Source: a bacterium
Lineage (GTDB): Bacteria > Patescibacteriota > Minisyncoccia > Phycocordibacterales > UBA9973
Direction: 5' to 3'
DNA: 61,113 nucleotides
Assembly: GCA_021831595.1 (NCBI GenBank)
Contig: JAKBMK010000025.1
Location: forward strand, 1 to 61,113
The notes under the pieces: generated by a model
Seen by the model: the letters and a program-made list of their open reading frames with translations, nothing else
The model's database searches: none
Told to the model about the DNA's origin: nothing
Shown here: piece by piece, positions 51,098 to 60,819 of the stretch
Position numbering within the stretch: the first letter of the stretch is position 1
Layout: the number at the start of each line of letters is the position of its first letter
Program-made: the position numbers and the translations under genes

Positions 51098-52306
51098 ATG
51101 CTGGACGTAAATAAAATAAGAGAAGATTTCAGTGTTTTGAACAGAAGGGGGTCTTATATTCCTATTTATTTTGACAGTGCCTGTATGAGCCTCAAGCCTG
51201 ATCAGGTTGTAAAAGTGATGGATGACTATTATAAGGAAGGCTTTGCTTGTGTTGGTAGGAGCGCTCATCGTTCTGGTGTACAAGCTACTAAAAAAGTAAA
51301 AGAAGTGAGGGGTATTGTAGCCAAGTTCATAAATGCAAAAAACGAGAATGAAATCATCTTTACTCGTAACACAACTGAAAGTATAAATTTATTTGCAAAT
51401 TCTGTAGGGCTATCGAAAGGGGACATAGTTTTGATAACTGACAAAGAGCACAATTCCAATCTAATTCCTTGGCTTTTTCTTCGTGATAAGATAGGCATAA
51501 TAGTCAAAATAATCCCTTGCAATGGAGATGGAACTTTTTCCATAGATAATTTTTCAGAAATGATAAGTGGTGCGAAGATTGTTTCAGTTGTTCATACTTC
51601 CAACTTGGATGGAGTAACAAATCCAATAAAAGAAATATCACAAATTGCACACAAGAATGGAGCTCTAATCTTTGTGGATGGAGCTCAAGGTATGGCACAC
51701 AAGAAGATAGATGTTAGAGATTTAGATATAGATTTTCTAGCCTTTTCTGGGCATAAAATGCTAGGTCCTACTGGGACAGGAGTGCTCTATGGCAAGGCTT
51801 CATTATTAGAAAAGCTAACGCCATTTATGGTAGGAGGGAACACAGTTTCAAATTCAACTTATACTAATTATGAGTTTCTAGGAGTGCCAGACAAATTCGA
51901 GGCTGGATTGCAAGACTATGCAGGTATTCTAGGTCTTGGTGAAGCAATAAAATATTTGAATAACTTGGACTGGGAGGAGATAGAAGAGCATGAGCTTAAG
52001 CTGAATACTTATCTGACAGAAGAATTAAAAAAGATTTCCAAAATAAAAATTATAGGACCAGAAAATGGAGCGGAGAGATCAAGCGTAGTTAACTTCTACA
52101 TAGAAGGGGTAGATATGAACAAGATAGCTATAATGCTAGATGAGATGGCGAATGTAGAAGTCCGTTCGGGCCGTCACTGTGTTCATTCTTGGTTTGAAGA
52201 TAAGAAGATTTATAATTCTCTACGTGTTTCTTTTTCTATTTATAACACTATGGAAGAGGCCGAAATATTTATTACAAACTTGAATAAAATAATGAAGATA
52301 TTGTAA
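51098..52306 (+). CDS. Cysteine desulfurase, SufS-like (class V aminotransferase)
   Basis: EHNSN, VDGAQ, FSGHKMLGPTGTG, FEAG and RSGRHC. Confidence 0.9.
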   Translation: MLDVNKIREDFSVLNRRGSYIPIYFDSACMSLKPDQVVKVMDDYYKEGFACVGRSAHRSGVQATKKVKEVRGIVAKFINAKNENEIIFTRNTTESINLFANSVGLSKGDIVLITDKEHNSNLIPWLFLRDKIGIIVKIIPCNGDGTFSIDNFSEMISGAKIVSVVHTSNLDGVTNPIKEISQIAHKNGALIFVDGAQGMAHKKIDVRDLDIDFLAFSGHKMLGPTGTGVLYGKASLLEKLTPFMVGGNTVSNSTYTNYEFLGVPDKFEAGLQDYAGILGLGEAIKYLNNLDWEEIEEHELKLNTYLTEELKKISKIKIIGPENGAERSSVVNFYIEGVDMNKIAIMLDEMANVEVRSGRHCVHSWFEDKKIYNSLRVSFSIYNTMEEAEIFITNLNKIMKIL

Positions 52307-52309
52307 TTT

Positions 52310-53248
52310 ATGCCTTGTGTCATAGCCTTAATAATATTTGGAATAATAGGAATATTTAGTGCTTCTCATAGAGACCTAGCGAAGGAAGCTTTCAGTTGTG
52401 TATTTAAACGCATAACTCTTAGACCTTGTGATACCGGTTTTAAGGAAAAGATAAAGGGTAAAGTCTTATCCAAGATTATTAATCGTTCTACATTTCTGGC
52501 CCGTATGGTAAACAGGCATTATGAAGTATTGTCTTGGGTTTTCTTTGTATTAATGATAGGGAGCACTTTTTGGGTATTTAGTGGTGTATATAAATTCTAT
52601 GTCTATGGGAGTTGCAATGGATTGAACCAAAGTGGATTTTGTGCCTTTGATCCAAGTGGCGAGAATAACAAAGTAACTACCCTAGGAGATAATTCGACTT
52701 GTGGTATTACACCTGCAACAGAATCAAGTCTCACATTAAAGGGTGTTGATCTTTCTAGCTTTGTCAGAAAAACTAACATAGGGAAAGATGAAGTTGTTGT
52801 TATTGGTTGCTATGCTTGCGACTATAGTAGAAAAGTTTATCCTGATATTCTGAAATTAATTGAAAACAAAAAAGCCAATTATACTTTTGCTAGTTATCCA
52901 GCAAAAGGTGATACGACATTCTTGGCCGAAGCCGGATACTGTGTAAATAAAATTTATGGTGAGAAATATTGGGAGTTCAATAAATATTTGCTTGAGGGTG
53001 AGAAGGATTTTATTTTAGACAAATCTAATTTAAATAAGATACTAGAAATTTTTAATTTTGATATTAAAAAGGTAAATGAATGTAGTAATAGTACAGAGGT
53101 GAAAACTATAGTTGAAAATCAGGCCAAAGAATTGAAAAAGACAAATATATATGGTACTCCTACTATATTTATAAATGGCAAAGCTTTTGTCGGTCCAAAA
53201 CCATACAGAGTCTATAGAAGCGCTATGAATAAGTATATTTTCTTCTAA
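52310..53248 (+). CDS. Membrane-anchored DsbA-like thioredoxin-fold protein
   Basis: CYACDYS (CxxC) and IYGTPTIFING. Confidence 0.8.
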   Translation: MPCVIALIIFGIIGIFSASHRDLAKEAFSCVFKRITLRPCDTGFKEKIKGKVLSKIINRSTFLARMVNRHYEVLSWVFFVLMIGSTFWVFSGVYKFYVYGSCNGLNQSGFCAFDPSGENNKVTTLGDNSTCGITPATESSLTLKGVDLSSFVRKTNIGKDEVVVIGCYACDYSRKVYPDILKLIENKKANYTFASYPAKGDTTFLAEAGYCVNKIYGEKYWEFNKYLLEGEKDFILDKSNLNKILEIFNFDIKKVNECSNSTEVKTIVENQAKELKKTNIYGTPTIFINGKAFVGPKPYRVYRSAMNKYIFF

Positions 53249-53296
53249 AAAGTTATGCACTTGCCAAGAATAATACCTTCTGGTATTATTCTTCTT

Positions 53297-53371
53297 ATGT
53301 TTAGGTTAAATTATTATTCAAATAAAATTGGGAGAGAGACCATTATGTAAACCGCGGAGAGCGGTTTTTTT
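53297..53371 (+). promoter_or_regulatory. Leader peptide plus intrinsic terminator (attenuator)
   Basis: ORF MFRLNYYSNKIGRETIM (53297-53350), whose stop overlaps AACCGC-GGAGA-GCGGTT-TTTTT. Confidence 0.6.
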
Positions 53372-53382
53372 AGTACAAATTT

Positions 53383-55200
53383 ATGGAAAAATATAAAGAA
53401 AAACTATTGAATAGTCTTAAATTGCATATCGATTTTGTTCGTAGAAAAATAAAAGAAAACTTAGAGAAAACTAAGGTTATAGCTAGTAAGAGTTTGCGAG
53501 ATATATCGAAGATGAGACCTGAAGATCAAATGGTCCAAATGCAGCTAGTTGCTAATGCTCAAAATAGAATAGTTGAACTAGAGAACCTAGACAGCTCACC
53601 ATATTTTATTAAATGCTCTATAAAAGATGAAAACGGAGAGGACAAAGATTATTTCTTTTCAAAACATCAATTATCTGAAGAATCTATCTACTCATGGGTA
53701 GCACCTGTTGCCTCTATTCGTTTTGAAAGTCCTGGAGAGGCAACTTATAGACTTCCTGATGGTACTTTCAAAAAAGTTTTGATAAAAGAAAAAGAGCAAT
53801 ATATGATCGTAGATGGAAAAGTAATTTTCTTTGCCAGAGAAACGAAAGATAAACCCAGAGAATTAATATATCAGGAACATTTTACTAGACAAAAAAGTGA
53901 ATTTGCTCTTCCTGAAATTGTAGCTCAGATAGAAAAAGCTCAGGATCAGGTCATCCGTGCAAGCCACAAGGGCCCGCTTGTTATCTCGGGGCCCGCTGGA
54001 TCTGGTAAGACAACTCTAGCTCTACACCGTGTCGCTTATCTCACTCAGGCTCCTGATACAGCTTTATTTTATCCACCACGATCTATTATTGTTTTTGTCC
54101 AAGATATTGGAACGAAAGAGTATTTTGGAACTCTTTTGCCAGGGCTTGGTATAAACGATGTGAGTATTGTGACTTTCCATGAATGGGGGATGAAGGTTTT
54201 AGGATTAGACGAATACACATACGTAGAACGATATGGGCAAACAGAGGAAGAGAAAGATATCTATGAATATCAGAAACTCAGGGCAATGAGAGAAAAGCCG
54301 TCACCTAAATGGAGTCGCAATATCTTTAGTTTATTGAGCATAAAATATGATTCATATTTATTGAATAACAAAAAATTATTTGAAAAACAGAAAAAAGAAA
54401 AGAAACTAGACCGCTTTGATTTGAGTATATTATTGCAATCGCATTTTGAAAAGTACGGGAAATTTGAAACAAAAAGGGAGTATAAAACTTTTGTGAAAGA
54501 TAAAATCGTAAAGAAAATAGAGAAGACACTTGCCTCGTATTCGCTAATGATTGTTGATGAATTCCAGAACTACTTACCCGAACAACTGAATATATTTAAG
54601 AGTTGCCAGCAAGAAGACACCAAGTCGGTAGTATATGTCGGTGACATAGCCCAACAAGTAAAGCTTGGAACTATAAGAAGTTTTGATGAGCTGAATGAGA
54701 CTATATCACCAGATAGGAATATTAGACTCAACAAGGTCTACAGAAATACAAAAAATATTTTGTCTTTCATTGAAAATCTTGGTTATAAAGTCGAAATACC
54801 AGAAGGTGCCAAAACTGGTCCTAATGTAGTTGAAATTATTACAAATACAACTGATGAAGAAATAGAGCATATCAGAAAACACATATCAAAATACGAAGAG
54901 GGTAGTATAGGAATTCTGTCGAAGAGTGAATCGTATCTTTCTCCATTCAAAAAAGAGTTTAGAGAGAAGAAGAATATTCATATTTTAACTATGCTAGAAT
55001 CTCAGGGGGTTGAATTTGATTTAGTGATCATTGTAGGAGTAGATGCAGATTCATTTGAAGTTAAGCACAATATAGATGTATTACCTGCACACCTAGAAGA
55101 GAGGAGAAGGATTCAAAAAGATTTGCTATACGTGGCACTCACTAGAGCTATTACGGAGTTACATATCCTCGGTTCAACTAGATTAAAAAGTATCTTTTAG
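53383..55200 (+). CDS. HelD-like SF1 helicase/ATPase
   Basis: SPYF, W.APVA, Q..VIR....[33 protein letters not shown] and LYVALTRA. Confidence 0.85.
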   Translation: MEKYKEKLLNSLKLHIDFVRRKIKENLEKTKVIASKSLRDISKMRPEDQMVQMQLVANAQNRIVELENLDSSPYFIKCSIKDENGEDKDYFFSKHQLSEESIYSWVAPVASIRFESPGEATYRLPDGTFKKVLIKEKEQYMIVDGKVIFFARETKDKPRELIYQEHFTRQKSEFALPEIVAQIEKAQDQVIRASHKGPLVISGPAGSGKTTLALHRVAYLTQAPDTALFYPPRSIIVFVQDIGTKEYFGTLLPGLGINDVSIVTFHEWGMKVLGLDEYTYVERYGQTEEEKDIYEYQKLRAMREKPSPKWSRNIFSLLSIKYDSYLLNNKKLFEKQKKEKKLDRFDLSILLQSHFEKYGKFETKREYKTFVKDKIVKKIEKTLASYSLMIVDEFQNYLPEQLNIFKSCQQEDTKSVVYVGDIAQQVKLGTIRSFDELNETISPDRNIRLNKVYRNTKNILSFIENLGYKVEIPEGAKTGPNVVEIITNTTDEEIEHIRKHISKYEEGSIGILSKSESYLSPFKKEFREKKNIHILTMLESQGVEFDLVIIVGVDADSFEVKHNIDVLPAHLEERRRIQKDLLYVALTRAITELHILGSTRLKSIF

Positions 55201-56006
55201 AATACGTCTAGGACTAATATTAGGATGTAGATTATTATTAAGAATGAAAAGATAAGGACGCCGCCATATAATTTCTCTGGGGCGTATTTATGTTCACGGA
55301 AGAAGTCAGAAATAATTTCGTATTTCTCATTAAGCTTGATGAACCATTTCTGACGACTTAGACGATTAAGAAAGACTAAACTATTTTCTCTAAATGAGCT
55401 TGTGAGAGTATGTCCTTTCTTTTTTATAACCCAATAGAAAGAAGCAACAATAAAAGATAATATTAATATGTAAGTTATTCCTTTTGACCATCTTTTGAAG
55501 ATGGTTACGATTAGGGACCCAGAGAAGTAACCAGCTCCCACATTGAGCATTGCCCAGCCTATAGCACTTATAATATTCCATAAAATGAAAGGTCTTCTCT
55601 TCATACGAAGAAGTCCTGCAATGAAAGGTATGATAGCACGAATCGGACCAAAGAAACGTCCCCAGAGTATACTTTTGTTCCCGTATTTGTAGAAGAACTG
55701 TTCACCGTGGAGTAGTATGCTGTGATTGATTATTTTCTTTTCTTTAATCCAAGCACCGCCCCACCTGCCGAGAGAGTAGCTGAAAAAGTCACCCAGTATT
55801 GCTCCCAGGGTAGCAAAGAATACGATATCCCAAGCATGGAGATATCCCTGAGAAGACAGGAATCCTCCTATAGTGACAAGTGTTGCCCCGGGTATGAACA
55901 TACCTACAAGAGGGGCAGATTCGATAAAGGCCAACACGAAAAATAGCCAGTTTCCAAGCCAAGAAAATTTTGTTAACAAACCTAAAAGTAAATTAATATC
56001 TGGCAT
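55197..56006 (-). CDS. DedA family membrane protein
   Basis: ESAPLVGMFIPG, GAILGD..SYSLGR and GRFFGPIRAIIPFIAG. Confidence 0.92.
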   Translation of the reverse strand: MPDINLLLGLLTKFSWLGNWLFFVLAFIESAPLVGMFIPGATLVTIGGFLSSQGYLHAWDIVFFATLGAILGDFFSYSLGRWGGAWIKEKKIINHSILLHGEQFFYKYGNKSILWGRFFGPIRAIIPFIAGLLRMKRRPFILWNIISAIGWAMLNVGAGYFSGSLIVTIFKRWSKGITYILILSFIVASFYWVIKKKGHTLTSSFRENSLVFLNRLSRQKWFIKLNEKYEIISDFFREHKYAPEKLYGGVLIFSFLIIIYILILVLDVF

Positions 56007-56157
56007 ATATTAAAACATCAACCAACGAATTATATCATTTTATTTATATATTATAAACATTTTTGATTATTGATGGTTTTCATGCTATAATATGGGTACA
56101 TAATTTTGGCCTTACTTTTTGGGGCCTCTTTATTTTATAGGATAATAATAAACATAT

Positions 56158-57573
56158 ATGATTAAAAAAACAAAAATAGTAGCAACAATAGGCCCTGTGA
56201 CGACTTCCGTAGAAATGCTTTCGAAGCTCCTTAGGGCCGGGATGAATGTTGTTCGTCTAAATTTCTCACATGGTGATTTTGCTGAACACCAAGAGAAGGT
56301 AAACAATTTTAAGATTGCCATGAAAGAGACTGGTATAGGTGGTGCTATCTTGCAAGATCTTTCAGGTCCTAAAATCCGTTTGGGTGAGTTTTCTACAGAG
56401 AGAGTAGAACTTGTCGCTGGGAAGAATATAACTATTACTACCAAGAAAATAATTGGTAGTGAGAAAATTGTCTCAATTAATTATCTACCTTTTCCAAAAG
56501 AAGTTAAAAAGGGAGACAAAATAATGGTAGATGATGGTAAAAAGAAATTCGAAGTTTTAAATGTAAAAGGGGATGAAGTTCTTTGTAAGATTCTTATAGG
56601 CGGAGATACGAAAGGGCGTCGTGGAGTTAACCTCCCAGATTCTGACCTTTCTATTAAATCACTTACAGAAAAGGATAAAAAAGATATAGAATTTGGTATC
56701 AAGAATAATGTAGATTTCTTTGCTTTTTCTTTTGTTCGTACACATGAAGATGTGAAAGAACTACGAAGTATTTTAAATAAGAAAAAATCTAAAGCTAAAA
56801 TCATTGCCAAGATAGAGACACCACAAGCTGTTAATAACATTGATGCTATACTAGAGCTTTGTGATGGACTTATGGTTGCTCGTGGAGATTTGGCGATAGA
56901 AGTGCCAGCAGAAAAAGTTCCAATGATACAGAAAATGCTTATAAAGAAATGCAATGATGCTGGAAAGATTGTTATAACTGCTACTCAAATGCTCGAATCT
57001 ATGATAAAGAGCCCTGTGCCTACTCGCGCTGAAGTTTCAGATATTGCCAATGCGATACTTGATGGCACAGATGCTGTGATGCTTTCAGAAGAGACAACAC
57101 TAGGGAGTTACCCAGTTGAGGCTGTGAAGATGATGAGTAAGGTTGCCTATGATATTGAACACAACTACCCAGAAAGAAAAGTTATACCAGTAGTGGGTAG
57201 AGGGGAAAGATGTGTCACAGATTCTGTCACTGGATCTGTGGTCAAGATTGCTCACGACTTAGACGCGAAAATAATTATCGCATTGACGAAGACAGGGTAT
57301 ACAGCTCGTATGATTTCTCGTCATAAACCAGAATCTCCTATAATCGCTGTCACTTCAGATGTTATCACTTCGCATCAACTCAATCTTTCTTTTGGTTGCT
57401 TGCCAGTACTCATAGATTCATACAAAGAAATTCCGGAAGCGTTTAAAAATGTCAGAGAATATTGCCTAAAGAACAAGATAGTAAACAAGGGAGACAAAGT
57501 GGTGATAGTCGCTTGTTCTTCTACAGAAAAAAAGGATAATTCCGCAAATTCTATAACAGTAGAAACAGTATAG
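56158..57573 (+). CDS. pyk: Pyruvate kinase
   Basis: TKIVATIGP, RLNFSHG, IIAKIE, MVARGDL and ATQMLESM. Confidence 0.98.
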   Translation: MIKKTKIVATIGPVTTSVEMLSKLLRAGMNVVRLNFSHGDFAEHQEKVNNFKIAMKETGIGGAILQDLSGPKIRLGEFSTERVELVAGKNITITTKKIIGSEKIVSINYLPFPKEVKKGDKIMVDDGKKKFEVLNVKGDEVLCKILIGGDTKGRRGVNLPDSDLSIKSLTEKDKKDIEFGIKNNVDFFAFSFVRTHEDVKELRSILNKKKSKAKIIAKIETPQAVNNIDAILELCDGLMVARGDLAIEVPAEKVPMIQKMLIKKCNDAGKIVITATQMLESMIKSPVPTRAEVSDIANAILDGTDAVMLSEETTLGSYPVEAVKMMSKVAYDIEHNYPERKVIPVVGRGERCVTDSVTGSVVKIAHDLDAKIIIALTKTGYTARMISRHKPESPIIAVTSDVITSHQLNLSFGCLPVLIDSYKEIPEAFKNVREYCLKNKIVNKGDKVVIVACSSTEKKDNSANSITVETV

Positions 57574-57596
57574 TAAAAGTGCTAGAATAAAATTAT

Positions 57597-58283
57597 ATGG
57601 CACACCAAGGCAATGCGTGGGATAGGGAATACAGGAATCCACTACTAGTGACTAAGAATGATGGTCCGCAAAAAGACACTTTGCGATTTTTGAAGTATCT
57701 GAAAAAAGTAGAGAAGTATAGAGTGGAAGAAAAGAATATTCTGGATCTTGGTTGTGGCACAGGCAGGAATTCAAATTATTTAGCAGATTTATACAATAAA
57801 GTTATTGGCATAGAAATATCAAAGACAGCCTTAGATATTGCGAAAACTCGCGCACACAACATGGGCGTGTCTGTAGACTATAGACTAGGGGATATAGGGG
57901 AGAAGTATGATATACCAGATAATTCTATCGATGTAGTACTAGATATCACATCTTCGAATTCTCTTGATGAAAAAGGAAGAGAAGTTTACTTGGAAGAGGT
58001 ACAGAGAGTAATGAAAAAAGGTGGGTACTTTTTTGTCCGGGCGCTTTGTAAAGACGGCAATCAGAATGTGAAGAATCTCCTCAAGATGAGCCCCGGCAAG
58101 GAATATGATACTTATATAATGAAAGATATAGGACTTACAGAGCGCGTATTCTCTAGGACTGATTTCTTGGCTATGTATGGCAAATATTTTAAAATTTTGA
58201 ATTTAGAAAAGAAAACAAGTTATACTACTTTCAATAATCGTATCTACAAACGCGATTACTGGCTCGCTTATATGCAGAAGTAG
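57597..58283 (+). CDS. Class I SAM-dependent methyltransferase
   Basis: ILDLGCGTGRN and IGIEIS. Confidence 0.9.
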   Translation: MAHQGNAWDREYRNPLLVTKNDGPQKDTLRFLKYLKKVEKYRVEEKNILDLGCGTGRNSNYLADLYNKVIGIEISKTALDIAKTRAHNMGVSVDYRLGDIGEKYDIPDNSIDVVLDITSSNSLDEKGREVYLEEVQRVMKKGGYFFVRALCKDGNQNVKNLLKMSPGKEYDTYIMKDIGLTERVFSRTDFLAMYGKYFKILNLEKKTSYTTFNNRIYKRDYWLAYMQK

Positions 58284-58290
58284 TATGAGT

Positions 58291-58323
58291 AAAACAGAGT
58301 AAGGCAAGACCTTACTCTGTTTT
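58291..58323. repeat. REP family D
   Basis: AAAACAGAGTAAGG-CAAGA-CCTTACTCTGTTTT. Confidence 0.92.
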
Positions 58324-59183
58324 TGTTTTGTAGTTTTGTATGAAAATACCTACAAATATAAACAATAGTCCAATAATAGAAGATATTAAAATGGTTTCGT
58401 GGAGCAGGAAATATATATAAACAAGAGAGAAGAATGGGGTTAAGAAAGCAATGTTTGCTATTTTTGCTGTATCTCCATATTTGAGAGCAAGAAACCATAA
58501 AAGAAAAGCTCCTCCACTCGTAAATATTCCAGTCCAAATAAGGCCTAGGATTTGCATCCCCTCAATTTTAGGAATAAAACTAAATGAAGTTACTGCTATC
58601 AATGTAAAAATAAAAGTAAATAAATAGTAAAAAAACATACTGGTCGTCTTGTCGTAATTTTGTCTTTTTCCTAGAACAGAGAATAATCCATATGACATAG
58701 CCGCTATAATTGCGAATATTACACCAATAGGTTTTTCAAAATGTAGTTGTTGCAGATTGCCTTGGGTTGCAATAATTATGACTCCTATAAAAGAAAAAAT
58801 AACAGCCAGTATTTTTTTATAAGTAAATTTTTCTCCCAATATTGGAATAGCAAATAAAACTATCATAATGGGCCATAAATAGTTAATAACGAAAGCTTCT
58901 TGAGCCTTTAGATAAGAGATGGCTATATATAAAAATAGATAATAAATAAAAACACCCACGAATCCCATATAAATAAAACGCCAATAATCTTTTAATCCAT
59001 AGGATTTTATTATCGAGATTTTTTCTGTATTAAAACAATTATGAATAAACTTAGTGATGCGAAAAATGAAGCGAAAAGTAAAATTTGTAGACTATTTAAA
59101 TTTTTTAATAACAGTTTTACTACTGCGGCAGTAGATCCCCATAAAAGGGTAGCTGACAGTGCATATATGTATGCTTTGTTCAT
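58312..59183 (-). pseudogene. EamA/DMT transporter split by a 1-nt frameshift
   Basis: N-part MNKAYIYALSATLLWGST (59183) and C-part MGFVG...INYLWP. They join in frame if one base is added to the T6 run at 59019-59024. Confidence 0.85.
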
Positions 59184-59217
59184 GATGTAGATTATAACAT
59201 AGAATGTTTTCAATATA

Positions 59218-59244
59218 ACAGAGTAAGGTCTTGCCTTACTCTGT
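59218..59244. repeat. REP family D (opposite orientation)
   Basis: ACAGAGTAAGG-TCTTG-CCTTACTCTGT. Confidence 0.92.
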
Positions 59245-59265
59245 CGGAGGAATATAATGTAATAT

Positions 59266-59931
59266 ATGTCTTTAAGAAAAGTTAATTTTGTAAAAGGAGA
59301 ATATTATCACATTTATAATCGCGGAAATAGTAAACAGAAAATATTTCATGATAAATATGATTATTTTCATTTTGTGAAATTAATGTTTATTTGCAACAAT
59401 ATAGATAATGTAAGAATTTTTAATGATGATCGGTATGGCATTAATGTATTTGATAGAGAGGTAGAGAATATTGTATCTATTGGAGCATATTGTTTAATGC
59501 CGAATCACTTTCATATATTAATTACAGAAAAAATGGAAAGTGGCATAAGTAAGTTTATGCAAAAATTATCAACTGCGTATTCTATGTATTACAATAAAAA
59601 ACATAATCACACGGGTGGATTATTTGAAGGGAAGTTTAAGTCTGTGCATATTGATGGAGATATTCAGATGAAATATTTGTTTTCGTATATTCATTTGAAT
59701 CCAATAAAACTAATATATAAAGATTGGAAAGAATTTGGTATCAAAGATAAAAAACAAGCATTAGATTATCTAGGGGAATATGATTATTCTAGTTATAAAG
59801 ATTTTATATTAAATGAAAGAATACAAAGTAAAATACTAAATATTAAAGATTTTCCCAATTATTTTCATATTAAAGAAAAGTTTCAGAAAGAGATAATTGA
59901 ATGGTTGTCTTTTAAAGACAAAACAGAGTAA
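59266..59931 (+). CDS. REP-associated tyrosine transposase (RAYT-like Y1/HUH) #2
   Basis: YHIYNRG, YCLMPNHFHIL, YIHLNP and YSSY. Inverted family D REPs flank it. Confidence 0.92.
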   Translation: MSLRKVNFVKGEYYHIYNRGNSKQKIFHDKYDYFHFVKLMFICNNIDNVRIFNDDRYGINVFDREVENIVSIGAYCLMPNHFHILITEKMESGISKFMQKLSTAYSMYYNKKHNHTGGLFEGKFKSVHIDGDIQMKYLFSYIHLNPIKLIYKDWKEFGIKDKKQALDYLGEYDYSSYKDFILNERIQSKILNIKDFPNYFHIKEKFQKEIIEWLSFKDKTE

Positions 59932-59951
59932 GGCAAGACCTTACTCTGTTT
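59921..59951. repeat. REP family D
   Basis: AAACAGAGTAAGG-CAAGA-CCTTACTCTGTTT, which contains the RAYT stop codon. Confidence 0.92.
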
Positions 59952-59956
59952 ATAAC

Positions 59957-60000
59957 CGTATCTACAAACGCGATTACTGGCTCGCTTATATGCAGAAGTA
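59957..60000 (+). repeat. 44-bp exact direct repeat of the methyltransferase 3' end (58239-58282)
   Basis: CGTATCTACAAACGCGATTACTGGCTCGCTTATATGCAGAAGTA occurs at both sites. Confidence 0.95.
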
Positions 60001-60020
60001 AATTATGCTAATATAAGTAT

Positions 60021-60803
60021 ATGAATAAAGGCAGTATTGGGGTATTTGATTCAGGACTGGGTGGACTTTGGGTACTTAAACACTTAAAAGACAAGCTTCC
60101 GGAATATAATTATGTTTTTCTTGGCGACCAGGCGAATGTACCATTTGGAGGGAAAACTCCAGATGAACTTTTTGCTATTGCGACGAAGGCATTAGATTAT
60201 CTGTATGGAGAGAAAAATTGTATGGGAGTAGTGCTTGCTTGTAATACTATCAGCTCGACTATTTATGATAGACTACGTGACTGGAAAGATGAAAAATATC
60301 TTGGCCGAATACTTTTCGGTATTGTACGTCCAACTGTAGAGTCGATAGATAAAGGAAATCCGGTTGTTGTATTTGCAACTCCTAGAACTTGTCTCTCAGA
60401 AGTCTATGAAAAATTTCTGAAAGAGAATGTAAAGAATTATATTAAAATACCACTTCCCCAATTAGCATACTTGATAGAGAACGGGGGAGATGCGCTTGCT
60501 TATATAAAATATTTTAAAGATATGATCGGGAGTGACATAGAAAGTGCAGCGCTTCTCTGTACTCATTATGGAATTGTCCGTGATGATTTCAAAAAAGTTT
60601 TTCCTGCTATAAAAAGTTGGGTTTATCAAGAAGATTTAATTCCTAAATATTTAGCTGATTATTTTGTTGAGTTCCCGGAGAGAGAAGCTTTCTTTGAGCA
60701 CGGCAAAACAGTCTCTATCTTTGTAACAAAAGAAAGTGAAAACTTCAACAAATTTAGTCAAGAATGGTTCCCTGGTATTACACCTAAGACTATTAATTTA
60801 TAA
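60021..60803 (+). CDS. murI: Glutamate racemase
   Basis: IGVFDSGLGG, LACNT and LCTHY. Confidence 0.9.
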   Translation: MNKGSIGVFDSGLGGLWVLKHLKDKLPEYNYVFLGDQANVPFGGKTPDELFAIATKALDYLYGEKNCMGVVLACNTISSTIYDRLRDWKDEKYLGRILFGIVRPTVESIDKGNPVVVFATPRTCLSEVYEKFLKENVKNYIKIPLPQLAYLIENGGDALAYIKYFKDMIGSDIESAALLCTHYGIVRDDFKKVFPAIKSWVYQEDLIPKYLADYFVEFPEREAFFEHGKTVSIFVTKESENFNKFSQEWFPGITPKTINL

Positions 60804-60819
60804 ATGATATAATACCAAT

